A stretch of 32,000 bases of DNA, from positions 451,156 to 483,155 of the forward strand of contig CAWDOU010000001.1 of the NCBI GenBank assembly GCA_963804055.1, in the 5' to 3' direction. Each line of letters starts with the position of its first letter. The first letter of the stretch is position 1. The position numbers and the translations under genes were made by a program. The stretch is from an uncultured Acidimicrobiaceae bacterium (GTDB lineage Bacteria > Actinomycetota > Acidimicrobiia > Acidimicrobiales > RAAP-2). Positions 23,167-31,249 of the stretch are shown here, piece by piece. The notes under the pieces are model-generated. The model was given only the letters and a program-made list of their open reading frames with translations, did not search any database and had not been told where the DNA came from.

Positions 23167-24447
23167 TCATTGCACCCCGAACCACCCCAGCACCGTCTGC
23201 AGGACGAGGAAGGCGGCGAACGCGCCGACCGTCACCACGGTGATCGTCCCGAGCCAGCGGGCGGCCGTGCCGTTGGCGGCGCCCCCCAGGAGGGAGCGCC
23301 GGTTGGCCAGCACCAGAATGAAGGTGAGCGTGATCGGCGTGATGACGCCCTCCAGGACCTGCGTGTTCACAATGAGGGTCAGGAGGTTGCCCGGCACCAG
23401 GACCACCGCTGCCCCCGCCACGATCTGGAAGGTGAAGACCCCGAGGAAGAGCGGCGCCTTGCGGAAGCTGCTCGATACCGAGCGCTCCGCCCCGATCACC
23501 TCGGCCACCGCATAGGAGGTCGAGAGCGGCACGACGGCCGCGGCGAGGGCCGAGGCGCCGAGCAGCCCGATGCCGAAGAGCGCCTCGGCCGCCTGGCCCG
23601 CCACCGGCTCCAGGGCGTGCGCCGCCTGTGAGGCCGAGGTGAGCGCGCCGGACCCCCCGATGGCTGCGGCGGTGGCGATGATGATCGTCATGGAGACGAT
23701 GTCCGAAATGACGGCCCCGCCGATGGCGTCGACCCGCTGGTAGCGGTACTGGGAGACCTGCACGCCCTTGTCGACCACGGCACCCGCCTCGTAGAGCTGG
23801 ATGTACGGCGTGATCGTCGTCCCGATGAGCGCCACCCCGAGGAGCAGGAAGCCCGAGGTGAACACGAAGTGCGGCCACAGCGTGTGGGTGACGACCTGGT
23901 GCCAGTCGGGATGCCCGAGGACGGCGGCGATGGGGTAGGTGATGAAGACGAGCGTCATGAGGAGGAAGATGCGCTCGGCGTAGCGGTACGACCCGAACAG
24001 GACCAGCGCCCAGATGACGACGGCGGCGATGGGGACGCAGAGGTAGCGCGACACCCCGAAGAGGCTGAAGGCCGTGGCGATGCCGCCGAACTCCGTCACC
24101 ATGAGCCCGAGGTTGGCCACGGCGAAGGCCGCAATGGCGAACGCGGTCAGCCGGAGCGAGAACTCCTCGCGGATGAGCGCCGCCAGCCCTTTGCCGGTGT
24201 ACACCGAGAGGCGGGCCACCATCTCCTGAATGACGACGTAGAAGACCGTGACGACCACCATGAAGAACAGGGTCCGGTAGCCGAACTGGGCGCCGGCGGA
24301 CGCGTACGTCACGACACCGCCGGCGTCGTTGCCGGCACTGGCCGCAATGAGACCCGGGCCGGCGAAGGTCAGGTACAGCAGGAAGCGATTGCGGTTGCTC
24401 GACAGGCGCGTCGCGTCGCCCGCCGGAGCCCGCGTGCGAACGGGCAT
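23167..24447 (-). CDS. Nramp (SLC11)-related transporter with non-canonical metal-site motifs
   Basis: 426 aa with about 11 hydrophobic helices. An Nramp-like TM1 region (AGPGLIAASAGNDAGGVVTY) and TM6 region (ALIGTTITPYIQLYEAG) are present. GAGGAG lies 7 nt upstream of the ATG. Confidence 0.8.
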   Translation of the reverse strand: MPVRTRAPAGDATRLSSNRNRFLLYLTFAGPGLIAASAGNDAGGVVTYASAGAQFGYRTLFFMVVVTVFYVVIQEMVARLSVYTGKGLAALIREEFSLRLTAFAIAAFAVANLGLMVTEFGGIATAFSLFGVSRYLCVPIAAVVIWALVLFGSYRYAERIFLLMTLVFITYPIAAVLGHPDWHQVVTHTLWPHFVFTSGFLLLGVALIGTTITPYIQLYEAGAVVDKGVQVSQYRYQRVDAIGGAVISDIVSMTIIIATAAAIGGSGALTSASQAAHALEPVAGQAAEALFGIGLLGASALAAAVVPLSTSYAVAEVIGAERSVSSSFRKAPLFLGVFTFQIVAGAAVVLVPGNLLTLIVNTQVLEGVITPITLTFILVLANRRSLLGGAANGTAARWLGTITVVTVGAFAAFLVLQTVLGWFGVQ

Positions 24448-24541
24448 GGGTCAACTCCTCGTTGGACAGGCCCACGGGCGCGAGGAGACCCCGGCGCGTC
24501 GCGGGTCGTGGTGCTGGACGTGCCGGGCCGCAGCCCGGGGA

Positions 24542-24607
24542 TCAGATCAGGTGGAGATCTGACGCAACCTGGGTGCAGGTCGTACTCGGGGGCTCGTCGA
24601 GGATCAT
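24542..24607 (-). CDS. candidate 21-codon upstream ORF in the transporter leader
   Basis: The minus strand reads AAGGAGG-tgcaggc-ATG ATC CTC GAC GAG CCC CCG AGT ACG ACC TGC ACC CAG GTT GCG TCA GAT CTC CAC CTG ATC TGA (MILDEPPSTTCTQVASDLHLI). This is the strongest SD match I saw in the window. It is followed by the hairpin CCGGGC-tgcg-GCCCGG. Below the track's size cutoff. Confidence 0.3.
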   Translation of the reverse strand: MILDEPPSTTCTQVASDLHLI

Positions 24608-24745
24608 GCCTGCACCTCCTTGTCGCGCGTCGTCAGCGGATGTTGACGCGACGAGTCTACGTCAAGGGAGCGCGTGTGCCCAGCGCGTCACGCCGGCGGC
24701 GCGTCGAGTCGACGCAGCACGGAGGGCGAGCCACACCGGCCTCGA

Positions 24746-25690
24746 TCATGGGGCGAGGAGGACCACCTTGCCGAACTTGGACCCGGCGGCGAAGTGGTCG
24801 TAAGCCGCCTGCGCCTCGGCGAGCGGGAACGTCTCGTGCACCGGGACCTGCAGGCGTCCGGCCACCAGCGCCGGCAGCACGTGCGCCGCCACGTCGGCCG
24901 CCACGTCCGCCTTCTCGCGCCGGCTGCGGGCGCGCAGGGTGGAGCCGCCGATGCGGACCCGCTTCTGCATGAGCTGCATGAGCTCCACCTCCATGCGGCC
25001 CCCGCCCCCCACGCCGATCACCACGACGCGGCCCCAGGTCGCGACATGGGGCAGCACGCTGGTCAGGCTGGGCGCGCCCACCAGCTCGAGCACGACGTCG
25101 TAGGGACCCTGCGCCGCCTCGTCGCCCGGTGCCAGCACTGCGTCGGCGCCGAGCGCGGCGACGGCGTCACGCCGCGCCGGGTCGCGCACGGTTGCGGTCA
25201 CGGTCGCCCCTGCGTTCGCGGCCAGCTGCACGCCGGCGGTCCCGACCCCACCGGCCGCCCCCGACACCAGGACGCGCTCGCCCATCCGCAGCTCGGCCTG
25301 GCGGAAGAGGGCGTCGTAGGCGGTGGTGAAGACCTCGGGGAAGCCTCCCGCCTCGGCCCAGGACAGGCCGGCGGGGACGGGCAGCGCATGGGCCTCGTCG
25401 ACGAAGGCCAGCGTGGCCTGCGCCCCGCCGCCGACCACCGCCATGACCCGGTCGCCGGGAGCGAAGAGCGTGACCTGGCGGCCCACCGCCACCACCTCGC
25501 CGGCGAACTCCATGCCGGGGATGTCGGCGGGCCAGCCCGGCGGCGCCGGATAGAAGCCGGCCCGCTGGACCAGGTCCGCCGCGTTCAACCCGGCGGCCTT
25601 CACCGACACCAGCAGCTCGGTGTCGCCGGGGACGGGATCGTCCCGCTCCTCCCAATGCAGCTGGCCCTCCCGGATCACCACGGCGTGCAT
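24746..25690 (-). CDS. qor: NADPH:quinone oxidoreductase (zeta-crystallin/MDR family)
   Basis: Trimmed to ATG 25690 (MHAVVIREG...). Contains AAGLNAADLVQRAGFYP, PGMEFAGEVVAVG, and the nucleotide-binding segment VLVSGAAGGVGTAGVQLA. Confidence 0.85.
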   Translation of the reverse strand: MHAVVIREGQLHWEERDDPVPGDTELLVSVKAAGLNAADLVQRAGFYPAPPGWPADIPGMEFAGEVVAVGRQVTLFAPGDRVMAVVGGGAQATLAFVDEAHALPVPAGLSWAEAGGFPEVFTTAYDALFRQAELRMGERVLVSGAAGGVGTAGVQLAANAGATVTATVRDPARRDAVAALGADAVLAPGDEAAQGPYDVVLELVGAPSLTSVLPHVATWGRVVVIGVGGGGRMEVELMQLMQKRVRIGGSTLRARSRREKADVAADVAAHVLPALVAGRLQVPVHETFPLAEAQAAYDHFAAGSKFGKVVLLAP

Positions 25691-25748
25691 GGGGGTCACC
25701 CTACGCGGCCCGGGCACGCGGCCATCGGTGCCCGGTAGGGTCACCCCC

Positions 25749-26237
25749 ATGGCTCTCTACGACATCCCCATCCACACCCTCCAGGGCGACGATGCCACCC
25801 TGGGTGACTACAAGGGCAAGGCCCTGCTGCTGGTCAACGTCGCCTCCAAGTGCGGACTCACCCCGCAGTACGAGGGCCTCGAGCGCCTGCAGAAGACCTA
25901 CGGCGACCGTGGCTTCTCGGTCATCGGCTTCCCGTGCAACCAGTTCCTGGGCCAGGAGCCCGGCACCGCCGAGGAGATCGCGCAGTTCTGCTCTGCCACC
26001 TATGGCGTGGACTTCCCGCTCATGGAGAAGATCGAGGTGAACGGCGACGACCGCCACCCGATCTACGCCGAGCTGACCGAGAAGGAGGACGCCGAGGGCA
26101 CGGCCGGCGACATCACGTGGAATTTCGAGAAGTTCCTCGTGTCCCCCCAGGGCGACGTCGTGGCGCGCTACCGGCCCCAGGTGGAGCCGGAGGACCCGAC
26201 CATCGTGGCCGACATCGAGGCGCAGCTGACCGCTTGA
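25749..26237 (+). CDS. gpx: glutathione peroxidase (Cys-type)
   Basis: ATG 25749 lies inside track ORF 25620..26237. Contains LLLVNVASKCGLTPQY (catalytic Cys), GFPCNQFLGQEPG and WNFEKFLV. Confidence 0.9.
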   Translation: MALYDIPIHTLQGDDATLGDYKGKALLLVNVASKCGLTPQYEGLERLQKTYGDRGFSVIGFPCNQFLGQEPGTAEEIAQFCSATYGVDFPLMEKIEVNGDDRHPIYAELTEKEDAEGTAGDITWNFEKFLVSPQGDVVARYRPQVEPEDPTIVADIEAQLTA

Positions 26238-26944
26238 GACCGCCGCACCCCGTTCCGGCGGGGTTCACCGCGTCCATCTTCGACATGGACGGGCTTCTCA
26301 TCGACTCCGAGATCCTCTGGCACGAGGCCGAGATCGAGATCCTGGGCGGTCTCGGCGTCCCCCTCGCCGCCGAGGGCTGCCGCTCGACCAAGGGCATGTT
26401 CGTGGACGAGGTCACCGCACACTGGTACGCGCTGTACCCGTGGCCCGGCGCCACGCCGACGCCCGACGAGGTGGCGGTATCGATCGTCGACCGCGTGATC
26501 GAGCTCATCACGACCAAAGGCGTGCTCAAGCCGGGCGCCGAGCACGCCATCGACCTGTGCCGCGACCGCGGGCTCCCGCTGGCGGTGGCATCGTCCTCGC
26601 AGTACCGGTTGATCGACGCCGCGCTGACGCACTTCGGGCTGCGCGATCGGTTCGACCTGGTGCACTCGGCCGAGGACGAGGAGTACGGGAAGCCGCATCC
26701 GGCCGTCTTCCTGACCGCCGCGGCCAAGTTGGGTGCCGTGCCGCGTCGGTGCCTCGTCTGGGAGGACGCGCCGGCCGGCGTCCTGGCGGCCAAGGCGTCC
26801 TCCATGACCTGCATCGCCGTGCCGGAGGAGGGCGAGGGCGACCATCCGGCCTTCGGCCTGGCCGACCTCGTCGTGGGCTCGCTGCTCGACGTCACCGCGA
26901 GCTCGCTCGACGGCCTGGAGCGCGCGCTGACCCCGGGGGTGTAG
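26234..26944 (+). CDS. hxpB: HAD phosphatase, HxpB/YniC-like (sugar/hexitol phosphatase)
   Basis: SIFDMDGLLIDSEILWHEAE...HWYALYPWPG...YGKPHPAVFLTAAAKLG...WEDAPAGVLAAKAS is collinear with E. coli YniC as I recall it. The probable TTG start at 26234 overlaps the gpx stop (TTGA). Confidence 0.8.
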   Translation: MRPPHPVPAGFTASIFDMDGLLIDSEILWHEAEIEILGGLGVPLAAEGCRSTKGMFVDEVTAHWYALYPWPGATPTPDEVAVSIVDRVIELITTKGVLKPGAEHAIDLCRDRGLPLAVASSSQYRLIDAALTHFGLRDRFDLVHSAEDEEYGKPHPAVFLTAAAKLGAVPRRCLVWEDAPAGVLAAKASSMTCIAVPEEGEGDHPAFGLADLVVGSLLDVTASSLDGLERALTPGV

Positions 26945-26989
26945 CCCCGCGCCGTTCGCGGCGACCGAGGACGGCTGGCGAGCGCTCGA

Positions 26990-27850
26990 GTGGCCCTCAG
27001 TGTCGCTTCCTGGGGCAGGCTGGTGTCAATGGATGCGGACGACGAACGCCACCGGGCGGCAGCCCGCCCGCTGGCCCGGGAGCGTTCGAGGTTGTTCGAC
27101 CAGCAGGCCGAGGCCTACGACCGGTTCCGGCCGACCTATCCCGATGCGGTGATCGACGAGGTGCTCGGTCCGGCGCCTGCGGGCCTGCATGTTCTCGACG
27201 TCGGTTGCGGCACGGGGATTGCTTCACGGCTGATGGCCCGTCGCGGCGCCAAGGTGCTGGGAGTGGAACTCGGTCCGCGCATGGCGGAGATCGCCCGCAG
27301 TCATGGGGTCGAAGTGGAGATTGCCGCCTTCGAAGGCTGGGACGCTGCTGGTCGCACATTCGACCGGGTGACTTCGGCGCAGGCCTGGCACTGGCTCGAC
27401 CTGCCTGTCGCCACGGCGAAGGCGGCCTCGGTGCTGCGACCGGGGGGCGCGCTCTGTCTGATCTGGAATGCGGGGTGTCAGCCCGATGGCCTCGCCGACG
27501 CTCTCGAGGGGGTGTACGAGAGCATCGTGCCGCCCGGCGGTCACCGTCTGTTCAGAGGCTACGCGGCCGATCGGGTATCGGACTTCACGACCGGCCTCGG
27601 CTCGGAGATCGACGCCGTCTCCGCAGAGCCCGCATTCGGTGCGCCGACGCAGAGGTGGTTCCCGTGGACGCGGGTCTACCAGCGCGATGAGTGGCTGCAC
27701 CAGCTCGCCTCACGGAGCGACCACGCCGCCCTCGAACCCGCGGTCCGAGGGCGGCTGCTCGAAGCCATCGGCGCGGCAATCGACGACCGAGGCGGCTCCT
27801 TCGTCATGAACTTCGAGACCGTCCTGATCACGGCGAGCCGGCTGGGGTAG
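26990..27850 (+). CDS. class I SAM-dependent methyltransferase
   Basis: Motif I is VLDVGCGTGIASRLMARRGAKVLGVE, and the post-I and motif II regions are present (AQAWHWLD, LRPGGAL). The start may be ATG 27029 (MDADDERH). Confidence 0.8.
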   Translation: MALSVASWGRLVSMDADDERHRAAARPLARERSRLFDQQAEAYDRFRPTYPDAVIDEVLGPAPAGLHVLDVGCGTGIASRLMARRGAKVLGVELGPRMAEIARSHGVEVEIAAFEGWDAAGRTFDRVTSAQAWHWLDLPVATAKAASVLRPGGALCLIWNAGCQPDGLADALEGVYESIVPPGGHRLFRGYAADRVSDFTTGLGSEIDAVSAEPAFGAPTQRWFPWTRVYQRDEWLHQLASRSDHAALEPAVRGRLLEAIGAAIDDRGGSFVMNFETVLITASRLG

Positions 27851-27997
27851 CCCGGGACCCGTGATCAGCCGCACCAGCACGCTCTGCGGGCGTCCGGGAC
27901 CGACTCGTCTTTGAACCGTCCGAACTGTTCGCTCCTCGAGGGAGGCCCACAGAGCGCCACGTGAGCTGACCAGCTCGGAATCTGCCAGGATCGAACG

Positions 27998-28531
27998 ATG
28001 GTTGAGCGTCCCATACGCATTTTGGGCGACCCTGTCCTTCGGTCCCCCTGTAAGGAGGTCGAGTCTTTCGACCATGGCCTGGCGAGTCTCGTGGCCGACC
28101 TGGAGGAGACGGTGGCAATGCCTGGTCGCGCCGGACTGGCAGCCAACCAGATCGGAGTCGTTCGCCGCGTCTTCTCGTGGCACATCGACGGTGAGGTGGG
28201 TCATGTCGTCAACCCGGTGATCGAAGCCGAAGAAGGTGAGCAGGACGACGACGGCGAAGAAGGGTGCCTTTCAATACCCGGCCTGTTTTACCCGTGTCCG
28301 CGGGCGGAGTTCGTGAGAGTGCGAGGGTTCGACCGGCACGGCGAGGCAGTGGTGGTCGAAGGTCACGGCCTGATGGCGCGCTGCATCCAGCACGAGGTGG
28401 ACCACTTGAACGGCCGCCTTTTCATCGACCGCCTGACGGGGCCCATCCGCAAGCAGGCAATGCGCGACCTGCGGCTGTTGTCTGCCCCGGGCGATGGTCA
28501 GCCGGCTCCGGCGACGCCAATCTGGCACTGA
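27998..28531 (+). CDS. def: peptide deformylase
   Basis: All three Def motifs are present: GLAANQIG, EGCLSIPG and HEVDHLNG. Confidence 0.92.
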   Translation: MVERPIRILGDPVLRSPCKEVESFDHGLASLVADLEETVAMPGRAGLAANQIGVVRRVFSWHIDGEVGHVVNPVIEAEEGEQDDDGEEGCLSIPGLFYPCPRAEFVRVRGFDRHGEAVVVEGHGLMARCIQHEVDHLNGRLFIDRLTGPIRKQAMRDLRLLSAPGDGQPAPATPIWH

Positions 28532-28826
28532 GTGTCACGGTCCCGGCGCACTGTGACCTCATCTGCCGGCGGGTCGGACAAACGTGGCCCGTGGCCGAGG
28601 GCGGCGTCAACGCCATCGAGGCGATGTGTGACATTGCCGGAGAAGTGGTCGGTCCGGCATAGCCACGGCGGCATCGTTCGATCGCATGGCGCCTGGAGGT
28701 ACCGTTCAGCGGCAACCCGGCCAACCGGGGCTCATCGCACGTGGCTGCAGTTCCGTGACTCGCCAGCCATGCGAAGAGCCAACATGACTCATGCGTAAGC
28801 CCTTCGAGCAGAGGAGAGGACCCAGA

Positions 28827-29261
28827 ATGCCGGACCCGCGCTACGCCGCCTACCGTGCCGCAGATCCGTACTTCAATTTGGTTCGCGGCGCGCTGGACGA
28901 CTGCGTTGACGGCGACCATTTCTTCGAAACTGTTTCCGACGGCGTCATCTATGAGGTGCTCTACGACTTTCCGGGATGGCCCCGCGTTGTTCAGGGTCGC
29001 GCTGCGCTGATGGCTCAGTTCAAGGGCTACGGCGAGAGCATCGATCTTCAATCCGCCGACAATCTGATCGTTCGCAAAGGTGACGGCGGTCGTGTGGTCG
29101 TTCTCGAATATGAAGTCCACGGGACGATTCGCGCGACGGGCGTGCAGTACGACAATCGATTCTGTTCCGTTGTCGAGATAGAGGACCGAAAGATCGCACA
29201 CTGGAGGGACTACATGGATTCGCTGGCAGCCTGGAATGCATTGACAGCCCAGGCCCCATAG
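28827..29261 (+). CDS. NTF2/SnoaL-like (PhzA/B- or KSI-like) small protein
   Basis: ATG 28827 is preferred because AGGAGAGGA lies upstream; the track start is 28791. The ~144-aa size and the pattern VLEYEVHGT...YDNRFCSVVEIEDRKIAHWRDYMDSLA are typical of the NTF2-like fold. Confidence 0.6.
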   Translation: MPDPRYAAYRAADPYFNLVRGALDDCVDGDHFFETVSDGVIYEVLYDFPGWPRVVQGRAALMAQFKGYGESIDLQSADNLIVRKGDGGRVVVLEYEVHGTIRATGVQYDNRFCSVVEIEDRKIAHWRDYMDSLAAWNALTAQAP

Positions 29262-29437
29262 GGAAGGGACGTGACCGGGAACCGGATCAGGGTCATCACC
29301 CACCACTCACTACGAAGCAGTTCACTTCCCTGTCCCCGGGAGTACAGCACCTACCCACTGCCGGCGACGCTGGAGGCAGGCTGCTTCTGACCCGATAGCG
29401 TGCGGAACGTGGAGGTTGGCTCTCGGCGCGGTGCGGT

Positions 29438-29599
29438 ATGAACAAGGACTGGCATGCAGAGCATCGGTTACCTCGCGGTGCGAGCCTCGAAGAACGTATT
29501 GAGTGGCATGTGGCGCATGCAAAGACCTGTGGATGCCGTCCTATCCCGCCGGAGATCTTGCAGGCGATCAGCGACAAGCGCACGTCGAAGCCCCACTAG
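29438..29599 (+). CDS. small conserved-looking protein (53 aa), absent from the ORF track
   Basis: ATG 29438 to TAG 29597-29599 encodes MNKDWHAEHRLPRGASLEERIEWHVAHAKTCGCRPIPPEILQAISDKRTSKPH. I recall widespread small bacterial proteins with the pattern WH..H.MP.NaT..eRi.WH..Ha..CgCR.iP. The competing antisense 95-aa ORF is Arg/Ser/Cys-rich and looks spurious. Confidence 0.45.
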   Translation: MNKDWHAEHRLPRGASLEERIEWHVAHAKTCGCRPIPPEILQAISDKRTSKPH

Positions 29600-29604
29600 C
29601 GCCG

Positions 29605-29620
29605 CCGACCCGGCGGTCGG
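29605..29620. terminator. candidate bidirectional hairpin between convergent genes
   Basis: CCGACC-cggc-GGTCGG lies 5 nt after the small-ORF stop and 24 nt from the GNAT stop. It is followed by the pyrimidine/T-rich stretch gatctctaggtctcttcctg. Confidence 0.3.
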
Positions 29621-29644
29621 GATCTCTAGGTCTCTTCCTGATTG

Positions 29645-30196
29645 TCAGGGTAGCTGTTGCACGAGAAGCTGCCCGGGCCAATCACCCTGGCGGAAGGCAT
29701 CCGTAGGGGTGAACCCCGCTCCCTCGTAATACCTCACCAGCTCCCGGTTCCCTCCAGCCCAGCAATCGACGCGCAGCAGCGTTCGATCCCGATTGAGACA
29801 CTCCGTCCGGGCATGGTCCAGCAGAGCCGCACCGATCCCGCGCCCCTTGTAACGCCGAGACACCAGCAGAAGGTCGATATAGAGGTCCGGTTCGCTCGCC
29901 GCGGGCACGTAAGGCGGCGGAGAGTCGCTGATGATGAGTGCTCCGACCGGGTCGGGGCCAAGCTCGGCGACAGTGAACCCAGGTTTCGTTGTCATCTCAA
30001 GAACCAACTCCTGTCTCTCGGGCCGTTCTGACCAAGGCTGACTGCCCCACTGACCCTCGAGGCCCCGAGCGGTGAGCCACGACACCGCCTCGTCGAACAG
30101 GGAAAGAAGCGACTGTTGATCTGCCGGACCGCCTGGGCGGATTCGTAGTTCCACGCATCGCGATCGTAGAACGCCGATGCTCTGCATTCTCGACAC
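29645..30196 (-). CDS. GNAT family N-acetyltransferase
   Basis: The acetyl-CoA motif is LLLVSRRYKGRGIGAALLDHA. The tail YYEGAGFTP is typical of the GNAT fold. An internal GTG at 30154 is an alternative start. Confidence 0.8.
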   Translation of the reverse strand: MSRMQSIGVLRSRCVELRIRPGGPADQQSLLSLFDEAVSWLTARGLEGQWGSQPWSERPERQELVLEMTTKPGFTVAELGPDPVGALIISDSPPPYVPAASEPDLYIDLLLVSRRYKGRGIGAALLDHARTECLNRDRTLLRVDCWAGGNRELVRYYEGAGFTPTDAFRQGDWPGQLLVQQLP

Positions 30197-30294
30197 GCAG
30201 GCCGGGGCAATCGGTCACGGTCTCGGCGGTGTGCCGGGAGACCTGCCCAGATGTGAGCAAGGCCGTCGCACCATAGGTGGAATACGGTTGAGAG

Positions 30295-31062
30295 ATGACA
30301 TACGTCGATATTCTCGGCCACCCCACATGGATATCGGTCGGCATCGAGAACGATGAGACGACGTTGCTGCTGCACGGCGGCATTGTGGACAGCCGTTCCC
30401 TTCTAGGTTCGATCGGCCCGGCACTCAGCGAGCGCTACCGCGTTGCGGCATTCGATCGGCGTGGTCATGGGCGTACAGCCGACACAGCGGAGGGACTCCA
30501 CTACGACACGATGGCCGATGAGACAGTCGCAGTACTCGAGTATCTGGATCTGGATCGTCCGGCACATCTGATCGGACACAGCGACGGGGGCGATGTAGCG
30601 CTGTTGGTCGCGATGCGACGACCCGACCTGGTCCAGCGCCTCGTCCTGATTGGTTCGAACTTCCATCACACCGGGCTGCTGGCGATCGGCGAGCTCATGA
30701 CCCCAGATGTCCATGAGATGTTCGCGACGATGTACGGCGAGTGTTCGCCCGATGGACGGGAGCACTTCGATGAGTTTCTCGCCAAGACCTATGCGATGTG
30801 GGCTTCGGAGCCCTCACTGACTCCAACGGACCTTGCCACGGTCTCGGTGCCAGTCTTGGTCCTCGTAGCCGACGACGATGCGATCGCGCTGTCTCATACG
30901 TGCTTGCTGTACGAGTCGATTCCGGGCGCGCAGCTCGCGGTCGTCCCGGGTGCATCACATTTGCTGCCTATTGAGCAGCCCGAAGAGACGGTGCGCATCA
31001 TTCGCAAGTTCCTTGAATCGAGCCTGCCGCCCGCGACCTTGATGCCGATCAGGCGGATCTGA
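30295..31062 (+). CDS. alpha/beta-fold hydrolase
   Basis: Contains the HGG oxyanion region (LLLHGGIVDS), the nucleophile elbow GHSDGG, a late Asp (LVADDDAI) and a His (GASHLLPIEQPE). Confidence 0.85.
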   Translation: MTYVDILGHPTWISVGIENDETTLLLHGGIVDSRSLLGSIGPALSERYRVAAFDRRGHGRTADTAEGLHYDTMADETVAVLEYLDLDRPAHLIGHSDGGDVALLVAMRRPDLVQRLVLIGSNFHHTGLLAIGELMTPDVHEMFATMYGECSPDGREHFDEFLAKTYAMWASEPSLTPTDLATVSVPVLVLVADDDAIALSHTCLLYESIPGAQLAVVPGASHLLPIEQPEETVRIIRKFLESSLPPATLMPIRRI

Positions 31063-31249
31063 GTCTTCGTTCGAGGGCCATCCGGTGGACTCCCCAGCCC
31101 CCAGTCGTGGGTGCCGCAGGGTGGCACCTCATCCCGGCCGCGTACGGGGGCCTTCAGTTGGTCTCCACCCCGGCCAGATCTCATCGGATCTCCTCGAAGG
31201 GTCCCACAAGGGCAGATCCGCCCCACCCCCGGCGCACGGGGACAGGAAC

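Noticed and set aside
24448-24745. Known metal riboswitch (M-box or yybP-ykoY) in the transporter leader
   Set aside because: I could not find the conserved core sequences I remember for either class. It is kept only as an unclassified leader in the findings, and an Rfam scan is needed.
23126-24972. ORFs 23150..24475 (-, 441 aa), 23032..23631 (+) and 23869..24972 (+, 367 aa) overlapping the Nramp-like gene
   Set aside because: They are Arg/Gly/His/Pro-rich low-complexity translations. The 23167..24447 frame gives a coherent multi-TM transporter with an SD.
24674-27690. ORFs 24674..25738 (+, 354 aa), 25850..26233 (the part upstream of the hxpB-like start), 26113..26895 (-), 26168..26845 (-) and 26440..27690 (+, 416 aa)
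   Set aside because: They are shadow frames of the qor, gpx, HAD and methyltransferase genes, Arg/Pro/Gly-rich and without family motifs.
28422-29306. 294-aa minus-strand ORF spanning def's 3' end through the NTF2-like gene
   Set aside because: It is antisense to an NTF2-like ORF that has an SD and plausible fold-type sequence. It crosses the def gene end, and I recognise no motifs.
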